A stretch of DNA of 64,000 nt from Bacteriovoracia bacterium (GCA_050251055.1 JBFWNL010000001.1:619825-683824); one strand, 5' to 3'. Numbered from the stretch's first letter, positions 52,322 to 64,000 are shown. The notes: generated by a model not told the origin, from the sequence alone. Numbers and translations: made by a program.

Positions 52322-53861
52322 AGTCCCCTATCTCATCGTTCCAAAACTCACCATTGAACGTCCAAAAGTACTGGTCGTCGCGCCGAGATGGCTCGACGTT
52401 CCCGCGCGAGCGCTCCTCGCTGGCCGACTTTCCGTAGATCAGCTTCTCCTTCGTACGGCTGAGCATCTCCACCTTAATGAAAGACATCTTTTCGAAGTCC
52501 GACAGTAGAATGGAGTAGTAATCCAGCAGGCTGTTCTTCACGAACGCCCCGCCGAGCTGCCGCAGCACGTTCCGCTTCCAACCCAAGACCTGGCGCAAGA
52601 ATCCAGGAAAGCCCTGGTTTTTTTCGTGCGACACCCCCGGCTGCAGCTGGTCGAACTGCGTAATCGCGTTCAGCTCGCCGTTGAGGCTGTTCTCGGCCAC
52701 GACCAGGCTCTGGAAATAAGGGCCGCGGATGAAGCGGTTGATCAGCCGGTAAAACTGATTCTGGGTGGTCCACGGTGTTTGCAGGGCCTGCCGACCTTCG
52801 CGGTGGAAAACATAGAGATTGGTGCTGTTCGCTTCGATGAAGCGCTTGAGATCCTCGCCGAGCTTCGCATATTTGGCATTGAACTCGTCGATGACCTTGT
52901 TCGTGTCAGCGTAGAGGCAAAGCGCGAGATAGGTCTGCGCCCGCAGCACGTCCACCTCGGTGTTGAACACGAAGCTTAGCCCCGGGCTCTTATAAGAAAC
53001 GAGCTTACCCAGCGTGCGGTTGTATTCCTTGCGTGCGAACGAGTTCCAAGCTTGCTCGAATAGAATATCGGTCCAAACGAAGGTTTTCTTGGCGATCTGG
53101 TCGTACTCGTAATCAGCCTGCGAGAAATCCTCCATCTGGTACAGGGTGCGCGCCACGCCCGCTTGGCAGCGCGCCTCAAGGTCCTCCGCCAGCTGGCGGC
53201 GTTGCCGGCGCCAAGCGCTCGTGACGCCTTTACGCGTTTGCGCGGTATCGCCTATCTGCTCGGCCCGATTCACGCACTCGCGAAAGTCCGCTAACGCCGC
53301 CTGATTCTGCCCGTTGATCGCCCGCGCGGAAGCGCGCATCTGGAGGGCAAACGGCCAGAGCGGGCTCGCCGTCGAAACGCCGCTCAGGTACTCGATGGCC
53401 TTGCGCTCGTCGCCGCGCAGGAGCGCGGTTTTGCCCAGCGACATAAGATATGCGCTTCGGTTAACGGCGTCGTAATCATCGTTCGAGGTATATTCGACCA
53501 GGTACTTGCGGAAGAGATCCGGCCCGGACTGCACCAGGAATTCTTGGGTGCGGGGCAAGACCTTGCGGATCGCTTCCTTGTCCTTCGTCTGCAGGGTGCG
53601 GATGAAGAAATAGGCCGCCGAGTGGTCTAGTCCCGCCGACGCGAGCGACTGGGTGATCAACGCGTAGATTTCCGGCTTGCGCGCCTCGCCGTCATCCAGC
53701 GCCGAGAACGCGTAGCGGGCGGCCTTGAAATACTGGCCCGCTTGCTGAAGCGCGCGCGCCTGTTTCAGCGCTTCCTCGGCTTCCGCCGGCCCAGCCAACC
53801 CCGTCTGCGGCCACGCCGCCAGGAGCACGACCAAGAGCCCGGGAAAAAACCCAAACCTCAT
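52278..53861 (-). CDS. GltC-like secreted TPR protein
   Basis: Signal peptide, WTDILFEQAW, SP...LALCLY, C-terminal FWTFNGEFWNDEIGDY...SEC. Confidence 0.8.
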   Translation of the reverse strand: MRFGFFPGLLVVLLAAWPQTGLAGPAEAEEALKQARALQQAGQYFKAARYAFSALDDGEARKPEIYALITQSLASAGLDHSAAYFFIRTLQTKDKEAIRKVLPRTQEFLVQSGPDLFRKYLVEYTSNDDYDAVNRSAYLMSLGKTALLRGDERKAIEYLSGVSTASPLWPFALQMRASARAINGQNQAALADFRECVNRAEQIGDTAQTRKGVTSAWRRQRRQLAEDLEARCQAGVARTLYQMEDFSQADYEYDQIAKKTFVWTDILFEQAWNSFARKEYNRTLGKLVSYKSPGLSFVFNTEVDVLRAQTYLALCLYADTNKVIDEFNAKYAKLGEDLKRFIEANSTNLYVFHREGRQALQTPWTTQNQFYRLINRFIRGPYFQSLVVAENSLNGELNAITQFDQLQPGVSHEKNQGFPGFLRQVLGWKRNVLRQLGGAFVKNSLLDYYSILLSDFEKMSFIKVEMLSRTKEKLIYGKSASEERSRGNVEPSRRDDQYFWTFNGEFWNDEIGDYVFGLESECQSGAS

Positions 53862-54688
53862 AGCTTCACCCCGATGCCGAAATTGAAGTTGTAGTTGCTA
53901 AAGAGGCTGCTGTTGCCCGCGTTGCCGAAAAGCGGCGCGGTATAGAGCGCGCCCATGAAATCCAAGCGGACGATCCACTTCTGGTTCAGGTGATACTGGT
54001 GACCAGTACCCACCATGAAGGCGAACAGACTTTGCTGGATGAAATTCGACGGGGCCCCCACCAGAGTGTTGGTGTCGAGGTAAGAGTTCAGCGAACCCAG
54101 GCCGGCCGAAAAATACCAATCGAAGTACAGAACGGTGTTGAAGACGTTGATCTTCGCGTACCACGGGGACCAGTGGGCGAGCAGCCCGTACTGGGAGCGA
54201 ATCTCACGGATCACCGGTAATGCGCTGGTGGTGGAAGTGTTCCGGGAGAGCGCGTTGTACGTGTTGTTCTGCACGTTCGAGGTAAAGGTTCCGAAAACCT
54301 CGATACCGAGCGATTCAGAAAGATAATACGCCACGCGCGGCTCGAGGTTGTAGGTATTGCGGTAAGGATTGGAGGTGCCGATCCCCGTCATGAGCGTGAA
54401 GAGCGCGTGATTCGCCTTGCGAAACTTGCGATTCTGCAGCACGTAAATCCGCTTGTCGGGATCGAGCCAGCTGAAATCGTAAGTGTCGTCGTCGTCCTTG
54501 TCCCGGGCCGCGGCGGGTTCGCGCTCGCTTGAGGCCTGCGACGTCGTGAGCGCCGAAGGCTCGTAAGCGTCGTAGACTTCGACCTGGGGTACGGGAGGAG
54601 CGCCGTCGATCGGCGCGTCAGCGGCGAACGCCGGTGTCATTCCAGCAAATAAACAAACAACTGCGATGCGGGTACGGAAACGTCCCAT
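53858..54688 (-). CDS. GltA/GltB-like outer-membrane beta-barrel
   Basis: Signal peptide, IYVLQNRKFRK, WSPWYAKIN...LYFDWY...G.G; first gene of the glt cluster. Confidence 0.8.
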   Translation of the reverse strand: MGRFRTRIAVVCLFAGMTPAFAADAPIDGAPPVPQVEVYDAYEPSALTTSQASSEREPAAARDKDDDDTYDFSWLDPDKRIYVLQNRKFRKANHALFTLMTGIGTSNPYRNTYNLEPRVAYYLSESLGIEVFGTFTSNVQNNTYNALSRNTSTTSALPVIREIRSQYGLLAHWSPWYAKINVFNTVLYFDWYFSAGLGSLNSYLDTNTLVGAPSNFIQQSLFAFMVGTGHQYHLNQKWIVRLDFMGALYTAPLFGNAGNSSLFSNYNFNFGIGVKL

Positions 54689-54849
54689 TTCATCACCCTC
54701 CTTGGAGATGACAACGTCGATGCAATACGTGCAATGCTTGCCGTTCTAAATGCTGTGGCTTTTCACTACCTTAAGTACCAAGTTTAACTGCCGGTCCGCC
54801 AAAAGCAAAGCTTTTGCGCCAATCGTCAGCCTGATCGAAAATAACGGCT

Positions 54850-57800
54850 TCAGCTATCCAGGACGGAAGTGGCGCCAGTTTTTTGACTCTTCGCTTGTAG
54901 GCCCTCGGGGCAATCAGGACGAAACACGCAATGCGAGCACTCCGGACCCGGTTGGGGCCGCCCAAAATCCCCGTCCACCAAAGCATTCGCCGCTTCGGTC
55001 AATCGGGCCAACTCTTCCGGCCAAGGCGTGGATATCCAATCCGGTAGCGTCAGAGGTACCTCACGCACACCGTCGGAGGTGATTTGCACCAGCACTGCCC
55101 GGGTCTTTCCTCGAGCGGCAGGTTCCAATCTTCCCAACGCCCATGCGTAAAGTTCCATCTGGAAGCGATAGTCCGCCTCGAGCGCGGCGGTCGACTTTCG
55201 GGGGCCGGTCACTTTGAAATCCAACACGCACCACTCGTCACCGATGCGCGCTACACGATCCATGGCCCCCACCAGCACGTCATCGAGTTTCGCGCCGACG
55301 GGAATTTCGAAGGCAAGCTCCGGCCAGGCGGCGTCGGCCTGGAACCAAGGCGTGCTCTCCGCCCATCGCACGAGCGCGTCAGCATCGAAGCGCGCGGCCG
55401 TTCCGTCGTCGCCGAGGCTAACGTCCCTCAACGCGCGCAGCTTTTCCGCGGTTTCGGCGATGGTCGCGCGGGTGCCTAGGTGCTCGAGGCATTCGTGGAT
55501 GCGCGTACCGAGTTCCCGCGCGTCGATGCCTTGGGAGCTGGGCGCCTGGCTTTCGGCACCCCCACCTTCGTTGACGAACTTCGCAAGCACGGGCGAGGCG
55601 AACGAGGAGGCCGGGCGTGGGCGAATCACGTTCCACTCGTAGGCCCGGGGGCACTTTTTCAACAGGTTCCATTCGGTGACGCTGAAACGGGGCCGACGCC
55701 AGCTGACCCGAGGCGCGGTGGACGGCGAGAGCGGCCCAAGGCTTGGGTTTCGTGGGGTCTCCATGTTCGGAACGGGAACCTCCCGCTCACCCTCCGATCC
55801 AGAAGTGGCCGAGGAGGCGGGCAGGATTCGGTCCAGTGGCTGCGCGTCGGCCTCGATCCAGCCGCGCCAGTTGTCCTCAAGGTAGATCGCGCCCGGCTCC
55901 GCCGCCTTTGCGGGACGTCCGGAGGGCCGCGCCGCCGCCTTATCGGGAAGCATCGCTAGCACGAGACGCTCCTGGGCGCGCGTCAGCGCTACGTAAAAGA
56001 GGCGCTTGGATTCGGCTAAGTTTTTTCGACTCTCGCTCTCCCGCCAAAGCTCTTCTTCCGGATCGCCCCGATCCCGCTCGCCGTCTTCGTTCCGCTGGGC
56101 GAGATAGGCGCCGTCCACGCGATCCCAAAACAGCAGCGGCGCATTCGGCGCGCGCGTCTTGCCCTCCAAGTCGACCAGAATCACGTGCGGAAACTCCAGC
56201 CCTTTGGACGCGTGCAGGGTGAGTACGCGCAGCTGCCCGCGGTTCCGCGGCGGGGGCACGTCCCGCTCGCGTTTGCTTGCCTCCACCGCGCGCGCGAGCT
56301 CGAGCACCGTCGCGTGAAAGTCCAGGCCCTCCGCTGAAAACTCCTCACAGCGATGCCATAGTCCGAGCAGCTGCGCCCCCAGCTCCGCTTCGATCGTGGA
56401 GTCGGCTAGTAACGCGAGCAAGAGTTCGCCCGGGCGCGGGGCGCGCGCGCGCCAAGGCGCCAACGTGCGCGCCAGCAAACCGGCGGTCAGCGCCGCCATG
56501 GGTGATTCGCTCGGCGCCGCGTTCGCCAGCGCGAAAAATGGCTTTACCCAAGTGGGATCCTGTCGCGACCACTCGTCGAGCACCAGGTCGGGCGTCCCCA
56601 CCCAGGGCGCACGCAGGAAAATCGCGCCGGAGAGCGTGTTTTGTGGGTCATCCCACCACTTCAAAAAAGCGACGAGTTCGCGAACGCGAGGGTCATCCCA
56701 AAACAACCCACCGCTACCAATGGCCAGCGGCACGCCCCGCTTGGCCAAGCCTTGGATCCACTTCTCGTTGCCGCGGATCTTGCGCAGGAGCAACGCGAAG
56801 TTCTCCAACCCCACCCCATCCGCCTGCTCGGCGAGCAACCAGTCCGCCAACCCTGACGGCTCCGTCAGATCCAAACGTAGGACTTCGGATCCGCCGACGG
56901 AAGGGCGCTGCGGGGCAAGCGCCTCGAAACGCAGATCGGAGCTGGGAAACGCTTCCGCGCAAACGCGGTTGGCGAATTCAATAATGCCGGGACGACTGCG
57001 GAAGTTCCGCGTGAGCGAAAGCTTCACGGGCATGCGCTCGCAGAACTGGTCGAAGAGCGTGACGTCGGCGTCGCGAAAGCGGTAAATCGACTGCTTGGGG
57101 TCCCCGACCACGCAGAGATTGGAGAGATCCGGGCGCGCGAGACGCTCGATAATTCGCGCTTGCACCGGATTCGTGTCCTGGAATTCGTCGACGAGCACCA
57201 TTTGGAAACGAGCGTGGTACTGGGCGCGCACTGCGGGATCGGCCAGCGCCCGGTCAGCGAACCGCTCCAGATCGTCGAAGTCGAGCCAACCGCGGCGGCG
57301 TTTCAGCTGGGCGTAATGCTGAATCACGTAGCTCGCCACCTCGACCAACGCGCGCGTGTCGGCGTCGCCCGGTAGGCGCTCCAACACTCCGAAGCTCATC
57401 AATCCCTTCACGCGGCCCAAGAGCTGGACGAGACCGGCCTGGCTTTCACGCCCCATCAAGCGGTCGAGTGCCGCCTGCACCTCGTCGGGCAAATCCTCGA
57501 ACCAAAGACGATCGAGCGCAGCTTCCCAGAGCAGCGTCGATTCGGCCTCGGAAATGATCGACTCCTCGCCATCAAGACCCACCGCACGCGCGTTCTCGCG
57601 CAGGATCGCGCCACAAAGCCCGTGAATGGTCATCACCCAGTGGCGATCGAGCACGCTTTGCCCATGGCCAATGCCCGCGCGACGCGCGAGCTGTTTGCGC
57701 AGATCTTCGGCGGAACGCTCCGTGAAAGACACCGCGGCGAACTTCGCCTTTGGATCGCGGAGCAGGAGTTCCCGGCACTTCAGAACCAGTGTCGTGGTCT

Positions 57801-57927
57801 TGCCCGAGCCCGCCCCGGCCGTGACGGCCAAGCCCCGGCCCCACTCGTTCACCACGGCGGATTGCTCTTCGGAAAGGCGGATTTCGTTTGGGGAAGCGGC
57901 GGAAGTCACGTCCCACGGAGCTATCAC
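54850..57927 (-). CDS. UvrD/AddA-like SF1A helicase with a C-terminal PD-(D/E)XK nuclease
   Basis: AGAGSGKT, TIHGLC, VDEFQDTN, VGDPKQSIYRFR, NFRS, TLHASKGLEF, YVALTRA; nuclease GAMDRV...LDFK...Q..LY. Confidence 0.92.
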   Translation of the reverse strand: MIAPWDVTSAASPNEIRLSEEQSAVVNEWGRGLAVTAGAGSGKTTTLVLKCRELLLRDPKAKFAAVSFTERSAEDLRKQLARRAGIGHGQSVLDRHWVMTIHGLCGAILRENARAVGLDGEESIISEAESTLLWEAALDRLWFEDLPDEVQAALDRLMGRESQAGLVQLLGRVKGLMSFGVLERLPGDADTRALVEVASYVIQHYAQLKRRRGWLDFDDLERFADRALADPAVRAQYHARFQMVLVDEFQDTNPVQARIIERLARPDLSNLCVVGDPKQSIYRFRDADVTLFDQFCERMPVKLSLTRNFRSRPGIIEFANRVCAEAFPSSDLRFEALAPQRPSVGGSEVLRLDLTEPSGLADWLLAEQADGVGLENFALLLRKIRGNEKWIQGLAKRGVPLAIGSGGLFWDDPRVRELVAFLKWWDDPQNTLSGAIFLRAPWVGTPDLVLDEWSRQDPTWVKPFFALANAAPSESPMAALTAGLLARTLAPWRARAPRPGELLLALLADSTIEAELGAQLLGLWHRCEEFSAEGLDFHATVLELARAVEASKRERDVPPPRNRGQLRVLTLHASKGLEFPHVILVDLEGKTRAPNAPLLFWDRVDGAYLAQRNEDGERDRGDPEEELWRESESRKNLAESKRLFYVALTRAQERLVLAMLPDKAAARPSGRPAKAAEPGAIYLEDNWRGWIEADAQPLDRILPASSATSGSEGEREVPVPNMETPRNPSLGPLSPSTAPRVSWRRPRFSVTEWNLLKKCPRAYEWNVIRPRPASSFASPVLAKFVNEGGGAESQAPSSQGIDARELGTRIHECLEHLGTRATIAETAEKLRALRDVSLGDDGTAARFDADALVRWAESTPWFQADAAWPELAFEIPVGAKLDDVLVGAMDRVARIGDEWCVLDFKVTGPRKSTAALEADYRFQMELYAWALGRLEPAARGKTRAVLVQITSDGVREVPLTLPDWISTPWPEELARLTEAANALVDGDFGRPQPGPECSHCVFRPDCPEGLQAKSQKTGATSVLDS

Positions 57928-58016
57928 ATTTTTTTAAAACGTGGATTACCTAAGGAAAATCGATATTTGACAATATGCGTTATAGCTTGTAGATACGGGA
58001 TCCGAGCCCATTTTAA

Positions 58017-58538
58017 GTGGAGAATATATTTATGAAGATGTTCGCGATCTTAGCGGTTACCGGCGGCCTTTCTACCTTATCGTTAATGCCCGCTAGGGCA
58101 GATACGACGGTCCAAGTGATCCGCGTATCGAACCAAAATCTCCAACAGGTCTCGACGACCCTGACGGATTGCGTGGACCTCCCGCCGGGCCAGCGCAACA
58201 ACGCGAATAAATCGACGAGCCTGGTTACGACCCTCCAGCTTAGCACCGGCGTTACCCTCATCCAGACACAGAAGCAGGAGTGGGACGCGAACTATTATAC
58301 CGCCGCTGCCGGGTATGGCTGTGAGTATTTTCAGCAACAGCTCGCAGCCAGTGCGGAAGCCTTTCTCTTGGATCTCCATTCCATACGGGAAAACGACACT
58401 TTCCGCGAAGGGCCAAACGAAGGGTGTTACAGCAAAGTCCGGGACTTCCGGGTGGTCGTCAAGAATCCCGAAGAGCGATCTTTCAACCTGAACGGCGCCC
58501 TGGGGCGCGAACTCAAAGTCGCGGTCCGTTGTCCTTAA
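58017..58538 (+). CDS. Secreted hypothetical protein, paralog A
   Basis: Signal peptide (ARA); four Cys; clear similarity to the next gene. True start is probably ATG 58032. Confidence 0.8.
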   Translation: MENIFMKMFAILAVTGGLSTLSLMPARADTTVQVIRVSNQNLQQVSTTLTDCVDLPPGQRNNANKSTSLVTTLQLSTGVTLIQTQKQEWDANYYTAAAGYGCEYFQQQLAASAEAFLLDLHSIRENDTFREGPNEGCYSKVRDFRVVVKNPEERSFNLNGALGRELKVAVRCP

Positions 58539-58555
58539 GAAAGGCTGCTTAATAT

Positions 58556-59056
58556 ATGAAATCGCATTGCGTCGCATTCCTCTCGCCCTTCCTTTTTATC
58601 CCCACTCTTGCCGTTTCCGCGTCCACCGAGCTGCCGGTCCGCTTCGTACGGGTATCTCACGCATCCCTAAGCGACGTGATTCTGGAGACCAGTGGATGCG
58701 AGGAAAAAGAGGCCGACGGGCAAGCCAAAGCCACGGGCACCCTCGAAGCCAAGCTGAAAATCCAGCTGCGCACGGGAATTGTGCTCGAACGTACCTTCAA
58801 GGAGAGTTGGGGACCCAACAACCGCCGTAGCCTCACCTGCAAAAACGCGGAGGAAAATCTGCTGAAGTCAGCGGAAACCCAGTTCCTAGAGCTGCATTCC
58901 ATCAAGGAGAACGACGTCTTTTATAAAGGCGACGGGCGTACCTGTTTTTCCCATGTTCGCGACTTCCGCGTGGTAGTGGAACAACCCAATCAATCGACCT
59001 TCGACATCGGCGCCCAAAACGGCAAGGACCTGGAAGTCGCCGTACCTTGCCCCTAG
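58556..59056 (+). CDS. Secreted hypothetical protein, paralog B
   Basis: Signal-like N-terminus; shares LHSI.END.F..G....C.S.VRDFRVVV..P and L.VAV.CP with paralog A. Confidence 0.8.
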   Translation: MKSHCVAFLSPFLFIPTLAVSASTELPVRFVRVSHASLSDVILETSGCEEKEADGQAKATGTLEAKLKIQLRTGIVLERTFKESWGPNNRRSLTCKNAEENLLKSAETQFLELHSIKENDVFYKGDGRTCFSHVRDFRVVVEQPNQSTFDIGAQNGKDLEVAVPCP

Positions 59057-59074
59057 GCGAAAGAATCCACCACG

Positions 59075-59482
59075 CTAATCGCGAACATGCTCGGCGCGCA
59101 CGATCGTCTTGATGTTGCCGCGCACGTTGAAGTCACCCACGACGTGGATTTCCCAAGGGTCGAGCAGCGCGACTAGATCATCGAGGATGTGGTTCACGAC
59201 GTCCTCATGGAAGATTCCTTTGTCGCGGAACGAATTGATATAAAGCTTGAGGCTTTTGAGCTCCACGCACTTCTCGCGCGGCACGTACTTGATATTGAGC
59301 GTGGCGAAATCCGGAAACCCCGACATCGGGCAGTAGCAGGTGAACTCCGGCGTGCTGAACTCGATCCAGTAGCGTCGCACCTGCGTGCGGTTCGGGAAGC
59401 TCACGAGCTTCGCGTTTTTGATCATGGCGCGGCCCTTCGCGCGCTGGATTTTCGGCATCTGCGACTTAGAACGCTTGGCCAT
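59075..59482 (-). CDS. queF: NADPH-dependent preQ0 reductase, short (unimodular) form
   Basis: [34 protein letters not shown]. Confidence 0.93.
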   Translation of the reverse strand: MAKRSKSQMPKIQRAKGRAMIKNAKLVSFPNRTQVRRYWIEFSTPEFTCYCPMSGFPDFATLNIKYVPREKCVELKSLKLYINSFRDKGIFHEDVVNHILDDLVALLDPWEIHVVGDFNVRGNIKTIVRAEHVRD

Positions 59483-60402
59483 TAGGTGACATCCTTCTTG
59501 TTGTTGCCGGTCGGGATCTCGAAATGAATGCTATCGCGGTTCTCGCCCTTGATCTCCGTGCATTGCTTGAGGCGCACGCGGCGCAAGGTCTCGCGAATAT
59601 GCGGAAGGCGTTTCACGAGCAGCTTTTCGTGCAGGTGATCGGACTTCACTTCCACGACCATCACGCTGGTTTGGAGGTGACGACGACGATCAACCTTTTC
59701 GCGCTGAAAGGATACGTAGACGTCGCGTTTGCCGTTCAGACAATGGCCAAAAAACGAGCTCGCGTCGAGCAAGAGCGCCCCCGTTTTACGGTCATTCACC
59801 TTGCCGGGGAGCACGAGCGTGGTGAAGCTGCTGCCGTCGGCGCGAATGAGGTAGAGATGCTTTTCCACGCATTTCTCGCATTCGGTCGCCTTCACCATGA
59901 GGTAGGGAAAACCGCCATCCTGCGAATGAAGCATCCCCAAGTACTCAATGCCATGGAGCCGAGTTTTCAGCGGATGGGGCGACGAGCCCTTTTGCGGATC
60001 TTTAGATGGGCCCACAAAGTGAATGGTTTGCCCTTCCACGCGGTGAAAGTCACTGCCCGGCGGCCACCCTTTCACCGTTTCGGGGGGGCCAGCTATCTCG
60101 GGCGCGGGCTTGAGCACCTCGGTGTCCGGGGGCACCACGACCGCATCGGTCGCTGCAGGCGACGGGGAAGTCTCCGGAGAAACCGTGGCGATCGGACTAA
60201 CCACGGGCGCACCGGAAGCCCCCCCCGAGGCGCTCGGCGTGGTCAAAATCGCCTGTGGCATCCCCCCCGCGCTCGGGGTCGTGAGTACCGCCGTGGGCGT
60301 CGGTGCGGGATTCAATGGCGTCTGGGCTTGCGTCGCGGCCGTTAAAAGCAAGACCAGGCCCGAGACGCCCCATTTTCCAAGTATTTCAGCGTGTTTTCTC
60401 AT
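59482..60402 (-). CDS. Secreted hypothetical protein with a Pro/Thr/Ser-rich linker
   Basis: Signal peptide, low-complexity stalk, Cys-containing C-terminal domain; stop overlaps the queF start. Confidence 0.7.
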   Translation of the reverse strand: MRKHAEILGKWGVSGLVLLLTAATQAQTPLNPAPTPTAVLTTPSAGGMPQAILTTPSASGGASGAPVVSPIATVSPETSPSPAATDAVVVPPDTEVLKPAPEIAGPPETVKGWPPGSDFHRVEGQTIHFVGPSKDPQKGSSPHPLKTRLHGIEYLGMLHSQDGGFPYLMVKATECEKCVEKHLYLIRADGSSFTTLVLPGKVNDRKTGALLLDASSFFGHCLNGKRDVYVSFQREKVDRRRHLQTSVMVVEVKSDHLHEKLLVKRLPHIRETLRRVRLKQCTEIKGENRDSIHFEIPTGNNKKDVT

Positions 60403-60515
60403 AGTTGAGGAGTTTCACTCTAATCGAATTTCGTGCTAAGGTGGTATTAAGAAGTTACCCTGCTCCGCGTCATACTTTAGCTTTTTTGGGCGGAGCTTTT
60501 TTACGGAGCATCCTT

Positions 60516-61118
60516 ATGAATCAAACCCCTCAAGACGCCCCCGGTTCGCTCGGCACCCCCGTTTACGTTTCTTTGGAGTTCACTCCGAACCCGAACACCT
60601 TGAAGTACTCGGTGAATCGTCAGCTGTTGTCGCAGGGCGCGGCTAACTTCACCCGCAAGGCCGATGCGGAAGCCCGCTCTCCCCTGGCGAACCAGCTCTT
60701 CGATATCGAAGGCATCTCGGCCGTGATGATCGGTAAGGACTTCGTGACGGTCACTAAGAGTGAGGCGGGCGATTGGGATCACGTGCACAAGCACACCTCC
60801 AAGCTCATCGAAGACTACCTTTCCAGCGGCGCGCCGGCCGTAAACGAAAACGCGCCCAAAGCGGCTTCCGGTGCGGCCACCGGTGGAAACACCGAGGCCG
60901 AGCGCAAAATCATGGAAGTGCTCGACAACGAGATCCGCCCGGCGGTCGCCATGGACGGAGGCGACATCACGTTTGAAAAATTTGAAGACGGCGTGGTTTA
61001 CCTTTACTTGCAAGGCTCCTGCGCGGGCTGTCCGAGCTCAACCATGACGCTGAAGGTCGGCATCGAAACCCGCCTCAAGGAACTTGTGCCCGAAGTGAGG
61101 GAAGTGGTATCCGTCTAG
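60516..61118 (+). CDS. NifU/Nfu-family Fe-S carrier
   Basis: TPNPNTLK (Nfu_N), IRPAVAMDGGD, GSCAGCPSS; ATG 60516 with GGAG RBS. Confidence 0.93.
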   Translation: MNQTPQDAPGSLGTPVYVSLEFTPNPNTLKYSVNRQLLSQGAANFTRKADAEARSPLANQLFDIEGISAVMIGKDFVTVTKSEAGDWDHVHKHTSKLIEDYLSSGAPAVNENAPKAASGAATGGNTEAERKIMEVLDNEIRPAVAMDGGDITFEKFEDGVVYLYLQGSCAGCPSSTMTLKVGIETRLKELVPEVREVVSV

Positions 61119-61121
61119 GGC

Positions 61122-61931
61122 ATGACCTATCGCCCGGTAGTTGTCGCCAGTCTCGTCGCCCTCGCCTTTGTCCTAGCGCCTAGCTGCGCGACATCCCCCG
61201 AGGGACGACGCCAGCTCATCATTATGCCCGAATCCCAAATGAACGCCATGGGCACCCAAGCGTTCGGAGAGATGAAGGCCAAGACCACGATCGAAACCAA
61301 TCCCGCCGTCACCGCCTACGTCAGGTGCGTAGCCCAAAAAGTGGTAGACGTCGTCAAAGCAAGACAAGGCGGAGGCGACTGGGAGATTGTCGTATTCCGC
61401 GATTCTCAGATCAACGCGTTTGCCTTGCCCGGCGGAAAGATTGGCGTTTACACCGGCATCTTGCCCGTCGCCAAAACCCAGCATCAGCTCGCCGCGATCA
61501 TCGGCCACGAGGTGGGACACGTGCTCGCCCGTCACGGCAATGAGCGCGTTTCGGAAACCTTGGCCGCGCAAGGGGGTCTGATCGCCGCGTCCGCCGCCCT
61601 TAACAAAGAAGGCAGCACCCGCACCGCGATCCTCGCGGCCCTGGGGTTAGGCGCACAGTACGGGGTGCTTCTCCCCCACGGGCGCACGCAGGAATCGGAA
61701 GCCGACATCATCGGACTCGATCTCATGGCCCAAGCGGGGTTCGACCCGCGCGAAAGCGTCGAGCTTTGGAAGAACATGGGCGCGGCCGGCGGCGGACAAC
61801 CGCCTGAATTCTTGTCCACTCACCCGTCCCACGAAACCCGCATCTCAGGATTGCAATCCCGCATGAACACCGCGAGCGCCACCTTTCAACAGGCCCGCGC
61901 AGCGGGCAAGCATCCGAATTGCCAAATGTAA
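61122..61931 (+). CDS. M48 family zinc metallopeptidase lipoprotein
   Basis: Lipobox-like APSC, NAFALPGG, HEVGH, ESEAD, FLSTHP. Confidence 0.93.
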   Translation: MTYRPVVVASLVALAFVLAPSCATSPEGRRQLIIMPESQMNAMGTQAFGEMKAKTTIETNPAVTAYVRCVAQKVVDVVKARQGGGDWEIVVFRDSQINAFALPGGKIGVYTGILPVAKTQHQLAAIIGHEVGHVLARHGNERVSETLAAQGGLIAASAALNKEGSTRTAILAALGLGAQYGVLLPHGRTQESEADIIGLDLMAQAGFDPRESVELWKNMGAAGGGQPPEFLSTHPSHETRISGLQSRMNTASATFQQARAAGKHPNCQM

Positions 61932-61944
61932 GGACCAAATTTAA

Positions 61945-63635
<1,691 letters not shown>

Positions 63636-63684
63636 GAGATGGCACGCGCGATCCCGCCCCCCCATCTCGATCGATCACGCCTAT

Positions 63685-64000
63685 CTAAACCACTCCGCAC
63701 TTGAGGTTCGCGGGCACGGCGACGTCGATTTTTTTTGGCGGCGCAAGCTTCAAATCGCGCATAATCTGCGCGAACTGCTCGCGGGTCTTCCCTCCGCCCA
63801 AGCGCGGATTATGCGCCCGCTCCAGCGCAACGGTCGTCGAAGTGAGTCCCTTGTAATCGTGGCCCGGGTGCACGATCGTCTCCGGCGGCAGCGAAAAAAG
63901 CTTCTCGTGGACACTTTGATAAAGTTTGTCCGAAGACCCTTGCTGAAAATCCGTACGCCCACAGCCGCGAATCAAGAGGGCATCACCGGTGAAAACGCGG
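63685..64000 (-). CDS. MBL-fold persulfide dioxygenase (ETHE1-like), 3' part only
   Basis: [39 protein letters not shown]; the frame is open to the window edge. Confidence 0.9.
   Translation of the reverse strand, partial: RVFTGDALLIRGCGRTDFQQGSSDKLYQSVHEKLFSLPPETIVHPGHDYKGLTSTTVALERAHNPRLGGGKTREQFAQIMRDLKLAPPKKIDVAVPANLKCGVV

Noticed and set aside
54700-54760. Sigma54 promoter for the glt operon
   Set aside because: TTGC elements are present, but no GG-N10-GC spacing.
54850-55700. Cas4-like nuclease suggesting a CRISPR system
   Set aside because: It is the C-terminal domain of the helicase; no cas genes or repeat-spacer arrays were seen anywhere in the window.

Overview
GC-rich chromosomal segment, most likely from a predatory Bdellovibrionota/Oligoflexia-type bacterium. 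This is inferred from the Agl/Glt gliding genes, the myxo/bdello-type outer-membrane barrels and the many orphan secreted proteins. Housekeeping genes: a pantothenate/CoA operon (ilvC-like, panB, coaX, coaBC, panC), spoIID-like, queA, queF, uvrC, mrp/apbC, rsmD-coaD-aminotransferase, mltD, rpsT, pyrE, nfu, eno and ftsB. Other recognisable systems: an NtrB/NtrC-type sigma54 two-component pair, a Glt gliding operon and an orphan AddA-like helicase-nuclease. I saw no CRISPR array, tRNA, rRNA or transposase. Most unusual observations: (1) a sigma54-promoted, ~190-nt multi-stem RNA with no recognisable family (40069-40262), whose promoter shares an extended TGCWCTAGTG element with two nearby sigma54 promoters; (2) a full-length 911-aa Type IIG-like DNA methyltransferase/TRD protein that has lost its catalytic motifs; (3) a GYF-GYF-PilZ protein closing a Glt operon that appears to contain a GltD-GltE fusion; (4) further apparent pseudoenzymes, namely a HisKA/degenerate-GGDEF protein with an intact RxxD I-site, a His-less histidine phosphatase and a degenerate UDG; (5) a UvrC lacking its HhH domain, divergent from a Zn-ribbon/PcrA-Tudor-like gene. 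All assignments come from reading motifs by eye; no database searches or folding computations were run.
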